A stretch of 64,000 nucleotides of DNA from Myxococcales bacterium. Lineage in GTDB: Bacteria; Myxococcota_A; Polyangia; Polyangiales; DASUME01. Both the position numbers and the translations under genes were made by a program. The stretch covers positions 1,952,001 through 2,016,000 of the forward strand of contig JASGJH010000001.1 of the NCBI GenBank assembly GCA_047601445.1. The letters run 5' to 3'. The first letter of the stretch is position 1. Each line of letters starts with the position of its first letter. This document shows positions 63,984 through 64,000 of the stretch, one piece after another. The notes below the pieces were generated by a model. That model made no database searches and was not told the DNA's origin. It saw only the letters and a program-made list of their open reading frames with translations.

Positions 63984-64000
63984 GTTCCGCACCCGAACCA

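Overview
High-GC (roughly 70%) bacterial chromosomal window, almost entirely coding. Gene content (MglA-like GTPase, PrkA-type kinase, FHA-sigma54 activator, PEGA Ser/Thr kinase, many lipoproteins) points to Myxococcota, probably Polyangia-like; this is inference. It is mostly core genome: riboflavin genes, nusB, nrdR, mnmA with a desulfurase, pheA fusion, cobA-hemD, clpS-clpA-aat, moeB, nnr and RNA-modification enzymes. I found no rRNA, tRNA, CRISPR array, integrase or transposase. Main points of interest: (1) a ~10.7 kb block between ribB and ribH carrying a divergent five-gene peptide-ligase/transglutaminase system (2 circularly permuted ATP-grasp domains, 2 alpha-E domains, a DUF2126 amidoligase and 2 transglutaminases, with no Anbu peptidase); (2) a HARE-HTH / apparently inactive Mrr protein with RD-repeat and acidic disordered regions; (3) apparent pseudo-enzyme domains (DAHP synthase fused to CM-PDT, RibBX, degenerate GGDEF); (4) a TPR protein with a TFIIB-like C-terminus; (5) four single-base frameshifts, three of them exactly GATC>GAATC, probably methylation-linked sequencing errors; (6) many genes with a TAnnnT box 6-9 nt before the start codon, suggesting leaderless mRNAs. 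All family assignments come from motifs recognised by eye; no database searches were run.
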